A program made the position numbers and the translations under genes. From the NCBI GenBank assembly GCA_018702955.1, contig JABJEK010000097.1, positions 7,631-71,630 of the forward strand: DNA of 64,000 nt, written 5' to 3'. Origin of the DNA: Rhodospirillaceae bacterium. GTDB lineage: Bacteria; Pseudomonadota; Alphaproteobacteria; UBA6615. Positions 20,579-31,645 of this stretch are shown here, piece after piece. Each line of letters begins with the position of its first letter. The stretch's first letter is position 1. Under the pieces are notes generated by a model. It searched no databases. It was not told the origin of the DNA and was given only the letters and a program-made list of their open reading frames with translations.

Positions 20579-21043
20579 GACCATCTCCATGACTATGGCC
20601 AGCGCCCTCGTCATAGGCGCCGGGTTCCGGATCGAACGACGCAACCTTGGCTTCAACTTCCGCGCCAAGGCGAACCAGCATCTGTGCGATCACATGATCG
20701 GCGCGAATACGCAGCGTGCCGTCATCGAGCACCTGGGTCGGGAGGTGGCGGTTGCCGATATGCCAGGCCATGCGAACCGTATCGCGCGGATCGTCGCAGC
20801 GTATGTCGAGCACTTCTTCATCGGCGGCGCGCACATGCACGATGCCACCGGTGTCCAGGCACAACCCATCGCCGTCACCCATGCGCGTGGCGTCGTCCAG
20901 GTCGAGCAGAAACGCTTCGCCCGCGTCGTCAATCAGGCGCACCCGGCGACGGTAACGGTCATCGAACGCCAGCGTCACCGTGGCGATGGCATCCGCCATC
21001 GGCCAGCTTCCCGCCGCAATGACCTCGGTTGCGCGGCGCAGGG

Positions 21044-21047
<4 letters not shown>
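20568..21047 (-). CDS. ureE: urease accessory protein UreE
   Basis: UreE core [15 protein letters not shown] and short His-rich tail [12 protein letters not shown] start overlaps the ureC stop (TTGA). Confidence 0.8.
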
Positions 21048-22753
<1,706 letters not shown>

Positions 22754-22756
22754 CGG

Positions 22757-23068
22757 CTAACTCTCCAGCGCGCCGTTGACGCGGCCGTTGAAACCGAACA
22801 CGCGGCCCGACCCGGCGTAGCGCACGAGGGCGACCTCGCGGGTCTGGCCGGGTTCGAACCGCACCGCGGTGCCGGCGGGAATATCCAGCCGGAATCCGCG
22901 CGCCGCATCCCGGTCGAATTCCAGCGCGCCGTTGGTCTCGTGAAAATGAAAATGGGAGCCGACCTGTATCGGCCGGTCGCCGCTGTTGGCCACCGACAGG
23001 GCCAGTGTCTCGCGACCCTCGTTCAGAATGATGTCGCCGTCGGCGGGGAAGAGTTCACCTGGGATCAT
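22757..23068 (-). CDS. ureB: urease beta subunit
   Basis: [19 protein letters not shown]...[11 protein letters not shown] is a classic UreB sequence. The track ORF extends upstream into ureA; the ATG at 23068 is used. Confidence 0.9.
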   Translation of the reverse strand: MIPGELFPADGDIILNEGRETLALSVANSGDRPIQVGSHFHFHETNGALEFDRDAARGFRLDIPAGTAVRFEPGQTREVALVRYAGSGRVFGFNGRVNGALES

Positions 23069-23075
23069 GTCTGCC

Positions 23076-23378
23076 TCAGCGGATCGGGTTGTGGACGGTG
23101 ACCAGCTTGGTCCCATCGGGAAACGTCGCCTCGACCTGGACGTCGTGGATCATCTCCGCGATCCCGTCCATCACATCCGCGCGGGTCAGCACCTCACCTC
23201 CCGCGCTCATCAGGTCGGCCACCGAACGTCCGTCACGCGCGCCCTCGACGACGTAGTCGGAGATCAGCGCGATCGCCTCGGGATAGTTGAGCTTCACGCC
23301 GCGCGCCATGCGCTTGCGCGCCACCTCGGCGGCCAATGCGACGAGGAGCTTGTCCTTCTCTCTCGGGGTCAGATGCAT
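23076..23378 (-). CDS. ureA: urease gamma subunit
   Basis: [23 protein letters not shown]...[14 protein letters not shown] is the canonical UreA. Confidence 0.9.
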   Translation of the reverse strand: MHLTPREKDKLLVALAAEVARKRMARGVKLNYPEAIALISDYVVEGARDGRSVADLMSAGGEVLTRADVMDGIAEMIHDVQVEATFPDGTKLVTVHNPIR

Positions 23379-23389
23379 TCTCTATCCTC

Positions 23390-24214
23390 TTAAATCGCCC
23401 ACAGGCGCGGCATCGCCGACGGCAGATCAGCCACGTGATGCCGGAATTCGGCCCAGAATTTTCCATAGGCGTCACGCAGACGCCGGGCATCGCGGTCGAG
23501 CCAACGCACGACCAATACATCCCCCACGCAAGTGGCACCGACGCACAGCCCAACCGGATCCAAACCTTCAGGCAGCAACTCGCGAGCCAGCGGCAGAGCG
23601 GACGACGCGTCGTCGCTCACAAAGACGATGCTGGCGAACGCCCGCGCCCCATTCAGGCCAGCATTGGCCGCGAGGGTCTGTGGGAAGTTATCGTCCAGGT
23701 GTACTGCATCCGCCCAGATCAGCCGGTCGTCACGCCGCACATCCCACGCCTCATGGATGAGCCCGCCGGTGACGCTTTCGCCCATGGCCGTACGCCCGAG
23801 CACAATGATCTCCCCGGCCAGAACCCGCGCGCCTGGCGCAGCCTCAACGACCGTCCGCCGGCGCAGCCGCGCTGTATCGAAGATGATGGTTTCCTGGGGC
23901 AGCCATTCGAGCCAGCTGCCCGGCGCGGCAACGAGTGACATATCGATGCGCACATCCGCGCCCGTCGAGCGATAAATCTTCTCGGCCGCCTGGCCCACGA
24001 TCCGTCCCACCGCCCCCGCACCGCACCTGATCTCGATCGTCAGGTCGTCGCCGCCGACCAGGCCGCCGGATGTCGTCACCAGCGTCCCGGTTTCAGGCTC
24101 TCCCGGGCCGGAATTCGGAAACAGAATACGCAACGGATCGCTCTGGTACAGATGCGCCAGGCGGGTGCGACCGCCAGCGTCAACGAACTCGATCTCTGCC
24201 CGCCCCGATGCCAT
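23390..24214 (-). CDS. ureD: urease accessory protein UreD
   Basis: 274 aa. Position and UreD-like N-terminus (...RLAHLYQSDPLRILFP...). Confidence 0.8.
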   Translation of the reverse strand: MASGRAEIEFVDAGGRTRLAHLYQSDPLRILFPNSGPGEPETGTLVTTSGGLVGGDDLTIEIRCGAGAVGRIVGQAAEKIYRSTGADVRIDMSLVAAPGSWLEWLPQETIIFDTARLRRRTVVEAAPGARVLAGEIIVLGRTAMGESVTGGLIHEAWDVRRDDRLIWADAVHLDDNFPQTLAANAGLNGARAFASIVFVSDDASSALPLARELLPEGLDPVGLCVGATCVGDVLVVRWLDRDARRLRDAYGKFWAEFRHHVADLPSAMPRLWAI

Positions 24215-24234
24215 CTGTATCCAGCCTGCTTGAA

Positions 24235-24930
24235 TTAAACCGTAAGGTGCCGACGAATCTCGGATTCGGGCAAATCACCGATCGGTCCGGAAAGGACAAT
24301 CTCACCCCGATCCATCACCGCCACGTCGTCGGCCAGATCACGCGCGAATTCGTAATATTGCTCGACCAGCAGGATCGCCATGTCGCCGCTGCCGGCAAGT
24401 AGCCGAATGACCGCCTCGATATCCTTGATGATCGACGGCTGGATGCCCTCGGTGGGCTCATCGAGGACCAGCAGCTTTGGCTGAGTCACGAGCGCGCGGC
24501 CGATCGCAAGCTGCTGTTGCTGGCCGCCGGACAAATCTCCGCCGCGGCGTTGCAACATATCCGACAGGACAGGAAACAGCTCGAACACCTGGTCGGGAAT
24601 ACGGGCCTCGCTGCGCGGCAGGCAGGCAAAACCGGTCATCAAATTTTCCTCGACGCTGAGCCGGGGGAATACATCGCGCCCCTGGGGCACATAGGCGATG
24701 CCGCGCCGGGCACGCGCGAAGGGCGGCAGGCGAGCAATATCCTCACCATCCCACATCACCGACCCGCTACGGATCGGGGTATGCCCCGTCAGGCCACGCA
24801 GGAGTGACGTCTTGCCGACCCCGTTGCGCCCGAGAAGACAGGTGATCTTGCCACGCGTGGCCGCAATATCGGCACCCCGCAGAATGTGGCTGGCGCCGTA
24901 GTAAAGATTGATATCGGTAGCTTCGAGCAT
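24235..24930 (-). CDS. urtE: urea ABC transporter ATP-binding protein UrtE
   Basis: Walker A GRNGVGKTS, signature LSGGQQQ, Walker B LLVLDEP. 231 aa. Last gene of the urt block. Confidence 0.9.
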   Translation of the reverse strand: MLEATDINLYYGASHILRGADIAATRGKITCLLGRNGVGKTSLLRGLTGHTPIRSGSVMWDGEDIARLPPFARARRGIAYVPQGRDVFPRLSVEENLMTGFACLPRSEARIPDQVFELFPVLSDMLQRRGGDLSGGQQQQLAIGRALVTQPKLLVLDEPTEGIQPSIIKDIEAVIRLLAGSGDMAILLVEQYYEFARDLADDVAVMDRGEIVLSGPIGDLPESEIRRHLTV

Positions 24931-24932
24931 GG

Positions 24933-25712
24933 TCAGCGACCCAGATAGACTTCAATTACGCGCGGATCGGACTGGACGGTGTCCATCGGGCCTTCCGCAA
25001 GAACGCTGCCCTCATGCAGCACCGAGACCGTACAATCGAGATTTCGCACAAACTCCATGTCATGCTCGACAACGACCAGCGAATGGTCCTTCGCGATCTC
25101 CATGAGCAAGGTCACGGTCTGTTCGGTTTCGGCGTCGCTCATGCCGGCCACGGGCTCATCGAGCAGCATCAACTCGGGCTCCTGTGCCAACAGCATGCCG
25201 ATTTCGAGCCACTGCTTCTGGCCGTGGCTGAGATCACCGGCCAGATCCTCACGCCGCTCGGTCAGTCGGATCGTTTCCAACGTGGCCTCGATCCGTGTGA
25301 GTTGTTCGCCGCGAATACGCGCAAACAACGTCTCGGCGATCGACCGCTTGGTCTTCTGCGCCAGGTAAATATTTTCGAACACCGTCAGGCTCTCGAACAC
25401 CGTCGGCTTCTGAAACTTCCGGCCGATCCCCAGATTGGCGATATCGGTCTCATCGAGATGGGTGAGGTTCACATCGTCGGCAAACAGCACACGTCCCGTG
25501 TCCGGGCGAGTCTTGCCGGTGACCACATCCATCATCGTGGTCTTGCCCGCCCCGTTGGGGCCGATGATCGCGCGCATCTCGCCACGCCGTATGATCAGGT
25601 TCAGGCTGTTCAGTGCCTTGAAGCCGTCGAAGCTGACCGACACACCTTCGAGATAGAGGATCGACGGTTCACGCGCGGTCATGGCGTCCGGCCCGGTGGT
25701 GGGTTCAGGCAT
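24933..25712 (-). CDS. urtD: urea ABC transporter ATP-binding protein UrtD
   Basis: ILYLEGVSVSFDGFKALNSLNL...GPNGAGKTT is UrtD-specific. Start is uncertain: ATG at 25712 overlaps urtC by 8 nt, or ATG at 25682. Confidence 0.85.
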   Translation of the reverse strand: MPEPTTGPDAMTAREPSILYLEGVSVSFDGFKALNSLNLIIRRGEMRAIIGPNGAGKTTMMDVVTGKTRPDTGRVLFADDVNLTHLDETDIANLGIGRKFQKPTVFESLTVFENIYLAQKTKRSIAETLFARIRGEQLTRIEATLETIRLTERREDLAGDLSHGQKQWLEIGMLLAQEPELMLLDEPVAGMSDAETEQTVTLLMEIAKDHSLVVVEHDMEFVRNLDCTVSVLHEGSVLAEGPMDTVQSDPRVIEVYLGR

Positions 25713-26847
25713 CGACACGTCGCAGCCTCCGTCGAATCGCGTCGAACAGTTCGCCCGAGCGCAGTGATTTGTAGACCCCGACAATCCCGTTGGGCATGAC
25801 CAGGGTCACGAGAATGAACAGCGTGCCCAGGAAAAACAGCCAAACTTCCGGGGCCGCGGCGGTGAAGTATGTTCGCGTACCGTTGACGGCGAATGCCCCG
25901 ATGATGGCGCCAAACAACGTGCCGCGCCCCCCGACAGCCACCCATATCGCCATCTCGATGGATTTGGCCGGCGCGAATTCGCCCGGGTTGATGATGCCGA
26001 CCTGGGGCACATAAAGAGCCCCGGCCAGACCGGCGAGCATCGCCGACAGCGTGAACACGAAGAGCTTTGCATTGGTGACCGAATAACCGAGAAACCGGAC
26101 CCGGTTCTCCGCGTCGCGCACGGCGATCAACAACCGGCCGAGTTTCGAGCTCACCACCGCGCGGCAGATGAAATAGACGATCAGGAGCGACACCGCCGTG
26201 GCGACGTAGAGTCCGACCTTGGTCGTTTCGCGCGACAGTTCGAAGCCCAGGATGTCCTTGAAATCCGTTAGCCCGTTGTTGCCGCCGAAACCCATCTCGT
26301 TGCGGAAAAAGGCGAGCATGAAGGCATAGACCATCGCCTGGCTGATGATCGAGAAATAGACGCCCGTGATCCGCGAGCGAAACGCGAGCCAACCGAAGAC
26401 GAACCCCAAGGCACCCGGCACGGCCAGCACCATGACGGCGGCGAACCAAAACTGGTCGAACCCAAGCCAGTACCAGGGGACTGAATCCCAGTTCAGGAAG
26501 ACCATGAAGTCAGGCAGGTCCGGGTTGCCATAAACGCCCCGCTCGCCGACCTGGCGCATCATGTACATGCCCATGGCATAGCCGCCGAGACCGAAGAACG
26601 CCCCATGGCCAAGGCTCAGGATGCCCGCATAGCCCCAGATCAGGTCGAGCGACAGGGCGAGGATCGCAAACGCCAGATACTTGCCCAGGGTGGTCACCCA
26701 GAAGGTCGGGATGTGGAACAGCGAGCCTTCGGGGACCGCCAGATTGAGGATCGGCACCACGAATATCGCGATCACCGCGAGTGTGAGGATGGCCGCCCAG
26801 CTCCGTTTGCTTTCCATAGCGATAAGCCGTGATGAGATCGGTCCCAT
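25705..26847 (-). CDS. urtC: urea ABC transporter permease UrtC
   Basis: 380-aa branched-chain-type permease, 10 TM. Sits between urtB and urtD. Confidence 0.85.
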   Translation of the reverse strand: MGPISSRLIAMESKRSWAAILTLAVIAIFVVPILNLAVPEGSLFHIPTFWVTTLGKYLAFAILALSLDLIWGYAGILSLGHGAFFGLGGYAMGMYMMRQVGERGVYGNPDLPDFMVFLNWDSVPWYWLGFDQFWFAAVMVLAVPGALGFVFGWLAFRSRITGVYFSIISQAMVYAFMLAFFRNEMGFGGNNGLTDFKDILGFELSRETTKVGLYVATAVSLLIVYFICRAVVSSKLGRLLIAVRDAENRVRFLGYSVTNAKLFVFTLSAMLAGLAGALYVPQVGIINPGEFAPAKSIEMAIWVAVGGRGTLFGAIIGAFAVNGTRTYFTAAAPEVWLFFLGTLFILVTLVMPNGIVGVYKSLRSGELFDAIRRRLRRVDA

Positions 26848-26862
26848 ATTCTGTTCCTCCGA

Positions 26863-28560
26863 TCAGGATTCGGCCGCGCGCCCTTTGAGGGCGAACAGAC
26901 CGCGTGGGCGTTTCTGGATAAACAGGATAATGAGCACGAGCACGATCACCTTGCCGAGGATCGCGCCGGAGACCGGCTCGAGGAATTTGTTGACGATACC
27001 GAGGCTGAATGCCCCGACGATTGTGCCCCAAATGCTCCCGACACCGCCGAAGACGACCACCATGAAGCTGTCGACGATGAAGTTCTGGCCCAGATTGGGG
27101 CTGACATTCGAAATTTGGCTCAGGGCCACCCCGGCCACGCCGGCAATGCCGGAGCCCAGCGCGAAGGTCAGCGCATCCACCCGTCCGGTGCGAATGCCCA
27201 TTGCCGAGGCCATACCCCGGTTCTGGGTCACGGCGCGCATCTGCAGCCCGAACCGGCTGTAACGGATGAACGCCGCCAGCGCGGCCACGACCATGATGCA
27301 GAATATGATGATGTAGATACGGTTGACGGTCACGGACACGCCGCCGCCAAACGCGACCGCACCGGAGATCCAGTCAGGGTTTGCGACCTCACGGTTGTTC
27401 GCCCCGAACAGCGTACGTACGAGCTGCTGCAGGATGAGGCTCACACCCCATGTGGCGAGTAGGGTCTCCAGCGGACGGCCATAGAGGAAACGAATGCAAC
27501 CGCGTTCGATCAGCACACCGAACGCGGCGGCCACAATGAAGGCCGCAGGGATGGACACCAGCACATACATGCCGAAGATTTCCGGCGGCATCGTGGACCG
27601 GAATATCTCCTGAACGATGAAGGTCGTGTAGGCCCCGAGCATGATCATCTCGCCATGGGCCATGTTGATGACGCCCATGACGCCGAACGTGATCGCCAGG
27701 CCGATCGCGGCGAGCAAAAGCACCGAGCCGAGGCTGAGGCCGAAGATCAAATTCTCCGCCAGACCAAACAGCGCGAGGCGGTCGTCGATATCGTCCACCG
27801 CTTCGCGTAATGCCGTGCGCACCTCCGCATCGGGTTCGACCGCGTCACCATCAACTTCGAGGAGACGCTGTTCGAGCGCCGATTTGATATCCGGGTCGCT
27901 GCGGTCCGCGAGCGTGGCCACCGCCGCCAGGCGCAACGCACGATCGTCCGACGCGAGCTCGAACACAGCGATACCCGTCTCAAGCGTCTCGCGGATTTTC
28001 GAAACCGTCTCGCGGTCGCGCGCCCGCTTCAGCAGGGCCAGCGCATCGTCGGGCGGGCTGGCGATGACATTGCGCGCCGCCTCGAGCCGCTCGTCTGCGT
28101 CGGGGCTGAACAGCGCGAGCTGTCCGAGGACACCGCGAATCTGGCCGCGCAGCTTGTTGTTTGCGATGATCTTCTTGATCTCGCGGCTGGTGGCCGTGCC
28201 CGCAGGTTCACCGGTGACCGGGCTGGTCAGTTTGAAACCATCCCCGGCGCGATCGGCAATGATGACGATCTTGTCGGCCTTATGACGGTACAGGCGCCCG
28301 TCGGCAAATGCCTGAAGAACGGCGATAGCGCGCTCGTCGCCCAGAGCACCCAGTGCATCGACGGCCGTCGCCTTGTCGGAAAACTTGCGCGCGTCCAGCG
28401 CCTGGACCGCAGCGGCGAAGGGATCAGCCGCGGTCGGTACAGATTGTGCGGCAGCGGGCAGCGTAACCGCTACCAGAAGCGCCAGAAACAGCAACGCACC
28501 GCCAACAAAGGCAATGATGCGGTGTGGGCGCACTGCGCCCATTGAATGGCCCGTAGCCAT
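26863..28560 (-). CDS. urtB: urea ABC transporter permease UrtB with approx. 270-aa N-terminal periplasmic extension
   Basis: 565 aa. C-terminal about 290 aa is a LivH-type permease. The N-terminus has a signal/TM segment, then a helical Ala/Asp/Arg-rich domain. Confidence 0.8.
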   Translation of the reverse strand: MATGHSMGAVRPHRIIAFVGGALLFLALLVAVTLPAAAQSVPTAADPFAAAVQALDARKFSDKATAVDALGALGDERAIAVLQAFADGRLYRHKADKIVIIADRAGDGFKLTSPVTGEPAGTATSREIKKIIANNKLRGQIRGVLGQLALFSPDADERLEAARNVIASPPDDALALLKRARDRETVSKIRETLETGIAVFELASDDRALRLAAVATLADRSDPDIKSALEQRLLEVDGDAVEPDAEVRTALREAVDDIDDRLALFGLAENLIFGLSLGSVLLLAAIGLAITFGVMGVINMAHGEMIMLGAYTTFIVQEIFRSTMPPEIFGMYVLVSIPAAFIVAAAFGVLIERGCIRFLYGRPLETLLATWGVSLILQQLVRTLFGANNREVANPDWISGAVAFGGGVSVTVNRIYIIIFCIMVVAALAAFIRYSRFGLQMRAVTQNRGMASAMGIRTGRVDALTFALGSGIAGVAGVALSQISNVSPNLGQNFIVDSFMVVVFGGVGSIWGTIVGAFSLGIVNKFLEPVSGAILGKVIVLVLIILFIQKRPRGLFALKGRAAES

Positions 28561-28616
28561 AAGAAACCGTCCCGATTTTGCGTTTGGATTTATTATTTAT
28601 TATTTGGGACCAACAC

Positions 28617-28646
28617 CGGCCGCCCCGGAAACACTGGGGGCGGCCG
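28617..28646 (-). promoter_or_regulatory. intercistronic GC stem-loop between urtA and urtB (10-bp perfect stem)
   Basis: cggccgcccc-(10 nt)-ggggcggccg. Lies immediately 3' of urtA, before urtB. An AT-rich tract (tttattatttattattt) follows on the transcribed strand. Confidence 0.55.
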
Positions 28647-28661
28647 ACATCGGGTACGCAC

Positions 28662-29945
28662 TTAGTTGGTCAGGTATTTCGGCTTCTCGCAGTTGCCGCA
28701 GACCCAGGGGTAGGTCCAGTCGGCGGTGAGCTTGGCGCTTTCGGGAATGAAGTCGCTCCAGGCATCACCCACGACCACACCGTCGGTTTCCCACACGGTG
28801 GCGAACTGGCCGTCATCCTGGATCTCGCCGATGAGTACCGGCTTCGAGAGATGATGGTTGGTGTTCATCACGGCGACACCGCCCGTCAGGTTCGGCACTT
28901 CCTGGCCGTACATGGCCTGGCGAACCGCATCAACGCTCGTGGAACCCGCCTGCTCGACCGCCTGGGCCCACATGTTGAAGCCGATATAATGGGCTTCCAT
29001 CGGGTCATTGAAGACGCGCTTGTCGCTGCCGATGAAGTCGTGCCACTTCGAGATCAGCGCGTCATTCTCCGGCGCATCAACGCTCATGAAGTAGTTCCAA
29101 GCTGCCAGATGGCCGACGAGCGGTCCGGTGTCGATGCCGGCAAGTTCTTCCTCACCAACCGAGAAGGCGACGACCGGAATGTCTTCCGCCTTGATGCCTT
29201 GGTTCGCGAGCTCCTTGTAGAACGGCACATTCGCGTCACCGTTGATCGTCGAGACCACGGCCGTCTTTTTGCCCGCTGCGGCGAACTTCTTGATGTCCGA
29301 CACGATGGTCTGCCAGTCGGAATGACCGAACGGCGTATAGTTGACCATGATGTCTTCGGCCGGGACGCCCTTGGCCTTGAGAAAGGCTTCGAGGATCTTG
29401 TTGGTCGTGCGCGGATACACATAGTCGGTACCCGCGAGGACCCAACGCTTGGCCTCACCGCCATCTTCGCTCATCAGATACTCGACGGCGGGGATGGCCT
29501 GCTGGTTCGGCGCGGCGCCCGTGTAGAAGATATTGCGCGAGGATTCTTCACCCTCATACTGGACCGGATAGAAGAGCATCCCGTTCAGTTCTTCGAAGAC
29601 CGGCAGGACCGACTTGCGCGACACCGAGGTCCAGTTGCCGAACACGACATCGACCTTGTGCTGCTCGATCAGCTCACGCGCTTTCTCGGCGAACAGCGGC
29701 CAGTCGGATGCGGGATCGACGACAACCGCCTCGATCTGCTTGCCGAGCAATCCGCCTTTCTTGTTCTGCTCGTCGATCAGAAACAGCATGACGTCCTTCA
29801 GCGCGGTTTCGCTGATGGCCATGGTTCCGGACAGGGAGTGAAGGATCCCCACCTTGATGGTGTCGGCAGCCTGCGCCGACGCGCTCATTGCGAGCGAACC
29901 TGCAAGCACGCTCGCCGCTGCGATGGTTTTTAGGCTCTTGAACAT
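28662..29945 (-). CDS. urtA: urea ABC transporter substrate-binding protein UrtA
   Basis: Signal peptide. UrtA-type sequence IKVGILHSLSGTMAISE...VDVVFGNWTSVSRK. 427 aa. Confidence 0.9.
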   Translation of the reverse strand: MFKSLKTIAAASVLAGSLAMSASAQAADTIKVGILHSLSGTMAISETALKDVMLFLIDEQNKKGGLLGKQIEAVVVDPASDWPLFAEKARELIEQHKVDVVFGNWTSVSRKSVLPVFEELNGMLFYPVQYEGEESSRNIFYTGAAPNQQAIPAVEYLMSEDGGEAKRWVLAGTDYVYPRTTNKILEAFLKAKGVPAEDIMVNYTPFGHSDWQTIVSDIKKFAAAGKKTAVVSTINGDANVPFYKELANQGIKAEDIPVVAFSVGEEELAGIDTGPLVGHLAAWNYFMSVDAPENDALISKWHDFIGSDKRVFNDPMEAHYIGFNMWAQAVEQAGSTSVDAVRQAMYGQEVPNLTGGVAVMNTNHHLSKPVLIGEIQDDGQFATVWETDGVVVGDAWSDFIPESAKLTADWTYPWVCGNCEKPKYLTN

Positions 29946-29987
29946 TCTCCGCCTCCGGGCTTTGTGGTTTTGCGATGCAACCTAATT

Positions 29988-30003
29988 AGCAAAGCGCGTG
30001 CCA
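29988..30003 (-). promoter_or_regulatory. sigma-54 (-24/-12) promoter for the urt-ure block
   Basis: The minus strand reads TGGCACGcgctTTGCT, an exact match to TGGCACG-N4-TTGCW. Placed about 45 nt upstream of the urtA ATG; GGAGG RBS lies between. Confidence 0.6.
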
Positions 30004-30226
30004 GACGGATCACGAGACGTTACGCGCTGTTATTGCTCGATATTTTCTCCCGGAAAGACGATCGCCGCATTTTTAGTCACAAAAATTGGTTAAATAATAA
30101 TCAGTGAAATTCTTTTGCTCAAATATTAGGCGATTTTTACGCCAACATGCTCAAGTCCTCTGTGTTGACGGTTGCCCGAGGCCGGAAATCCGGGCACGCT
30201 TTGACCTTCAACCGGAGAAGATATCC

Positions 30227-30658
30227 ATGCAGATTCTGACGGGAAGCTGTCATTGCGGGAACATCGGCGTTTCCTTTGCAACCGATTTACCCTCCGCAGA
30301 TATGGTCCCCCGTGCCTGCCAGTGCTCGTTCTGCCGCCTGCATTCGAGCGCAGCCGTGTCGGACCCGGCCGGGCACATCACGTTTACTGTGCACGAACCC
30401 GAACATTTGAACCGCTACACCTTCGGACTGGGCAGCACGGAGTTTCTGATTTGCCAAACCTGCGGCGTCTATGCGGGCGCGTTCATGCCCGACGGTGAAA
30501 ACGCCTACGCGAACGTCATGGCAGGGATACTCGACGCGCGGGCCGAGATATCGAGCCCACCTATCCCGGTCCATCGGGCACAGGAGAATCTGGAGGAACG
30601 ACGCACGCGGCGGCGCGCAATGTGGACCCCGGCGACCCTGGTTCAGGAGTCGCGGTAG
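30227..30658 (+). CDS. GFA (glutathione-dependent formaldehyde-activating / CENP-V) family protein
   Basis: CxC...CxxC zinc motifs GSCHCGNIGV and CQCSFCRLH. ATG at 30227 with a GGAGAAG RBS. The upstream part of the track ORF lacks a start context. Confidence 0.7.
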   Translation: MQILTGSCHCGNIGVSFATDLPSADMVPRACQCSFCRLHSSAAVSDPAGHITFTVHEPEHLNRYTFGLGSTEFLICQTCGVYAGAFMPDGENAYANVMAGILDARAEISSPPIPVHRAQENLEERRTRRRAMWTPATLVQESR

Positions 30659-30697
30659 CGCAGGCGGTTGGCGAAGCGAAACCGGGCGACCAGCACC

Positions 30698-31546
30698 CTA
30701 ATCGTTTTTCTCAACTGCCCCAGCGACGGCGAGAATGTGCTGCGCCGCCACGACCACCGGGTTATCGATCATTTCACCGTCGACGGTCGCGATGCCACCC
30801 TTGGCAGCCTCCGATGCGGCGACGATCCGCCGCGCACGCGCAACCTCTTCTTCGCTCGGTGCAAAAACGGCGTGAATCACGCTCACCTGGCGCGGATGGA
30901 TCGCGATCTTTCCATCAAATCCCATGCTGCGGACAAGTTCGGTATCCCCGCGCAGACCGTCATCATCCTTGAAATCCGGCCAGATACCGTCGATCGCCGC
31001 AATGCCGGCCTGCCCGGCCGCCGCGGCAATCCGGCCACGCCCATAGGCCAGAGCAGCGACGCTCATGTCGCTCCCCAACTCGGCCGCATAATCGGCGGAC
31101 CCGAACCCCACCGCGACATTGCGAAGAACCGAACCGGCTATCTCCGCAACGCGATCCAGGCCTTCCGCCGATTCAACAACGGGTATCAGGTCGATGTCCT
31201 TGTCAGCAGACGACAACAAACCATCGAGCCAGCGCATCTCTTCGCCGCTCGACGCCTTGGGGATAAACAATGCGTCCGGCGCAGCCTCGCTTGACAGAAG
31301 GGCAAGTAAATCATGCAGGCCCAACTCTGTGCGCGGGCTGTTGATGCGCAAAACCCAGCGCGGACCGGCCGGCAGCGATCCCGCGAGATATTCCAGCGCC
31401 GTGGCGCGGGCCGCCGCCTTGTCGTCCAGCGCAACCGCATCCTCGAGATCGATACAAACCATATCGGCGCCCGCAGCTGCGGCCTTCTCGAATCGGTCGG
31501 GGCGGGTCGCAGGAACAAACAACAAGCTTCGCCAGAGGGTACTCAT
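30698..31546 (-). CDS. HpcH/HpaI aldolase / citrate-lyase beta (CitE) family protein
   Basis: N-terminus RSLLFVPATRPDRFEKA. Central Asp/Glu metal-site regions. AAGGA RBS before the ATG at 31546. Confidence 0.75.
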   Translation of the reverse strand: MSTLWRSLLFVPATRPDRFEKAAAAGADMVCIDLEDAVALDDKAAARATALEYLAGSLPAGPRWVLRINSPRTELGLHDLLALLSSEAAPDALFIPKASSGEEMRWLDGLLSSADKDIDLIPVVESAEGLDRVAEIAGSVLRNVAVGFGSADYAAELGSDMSVAALAYGRGRIAAAAGQAGIAAIDGIWPDFKDDDGLRGDTELVRSMGFDGKIAIHPRQVSVIHAVFAPSEEEVARARRIVAASEAAKGGIATVDGEMIDNPVVVAAQHILAVAGAVEKND

Positions 31547-31645
31547 CGCGATTTTCCTTGGGGTTGGGTTACACTTGGCCAACGGGCGCAACAAGATCAG
31601 CCTGATGCATATTCATGTCAATTCCGACGAACGCGACTTTCCTGC

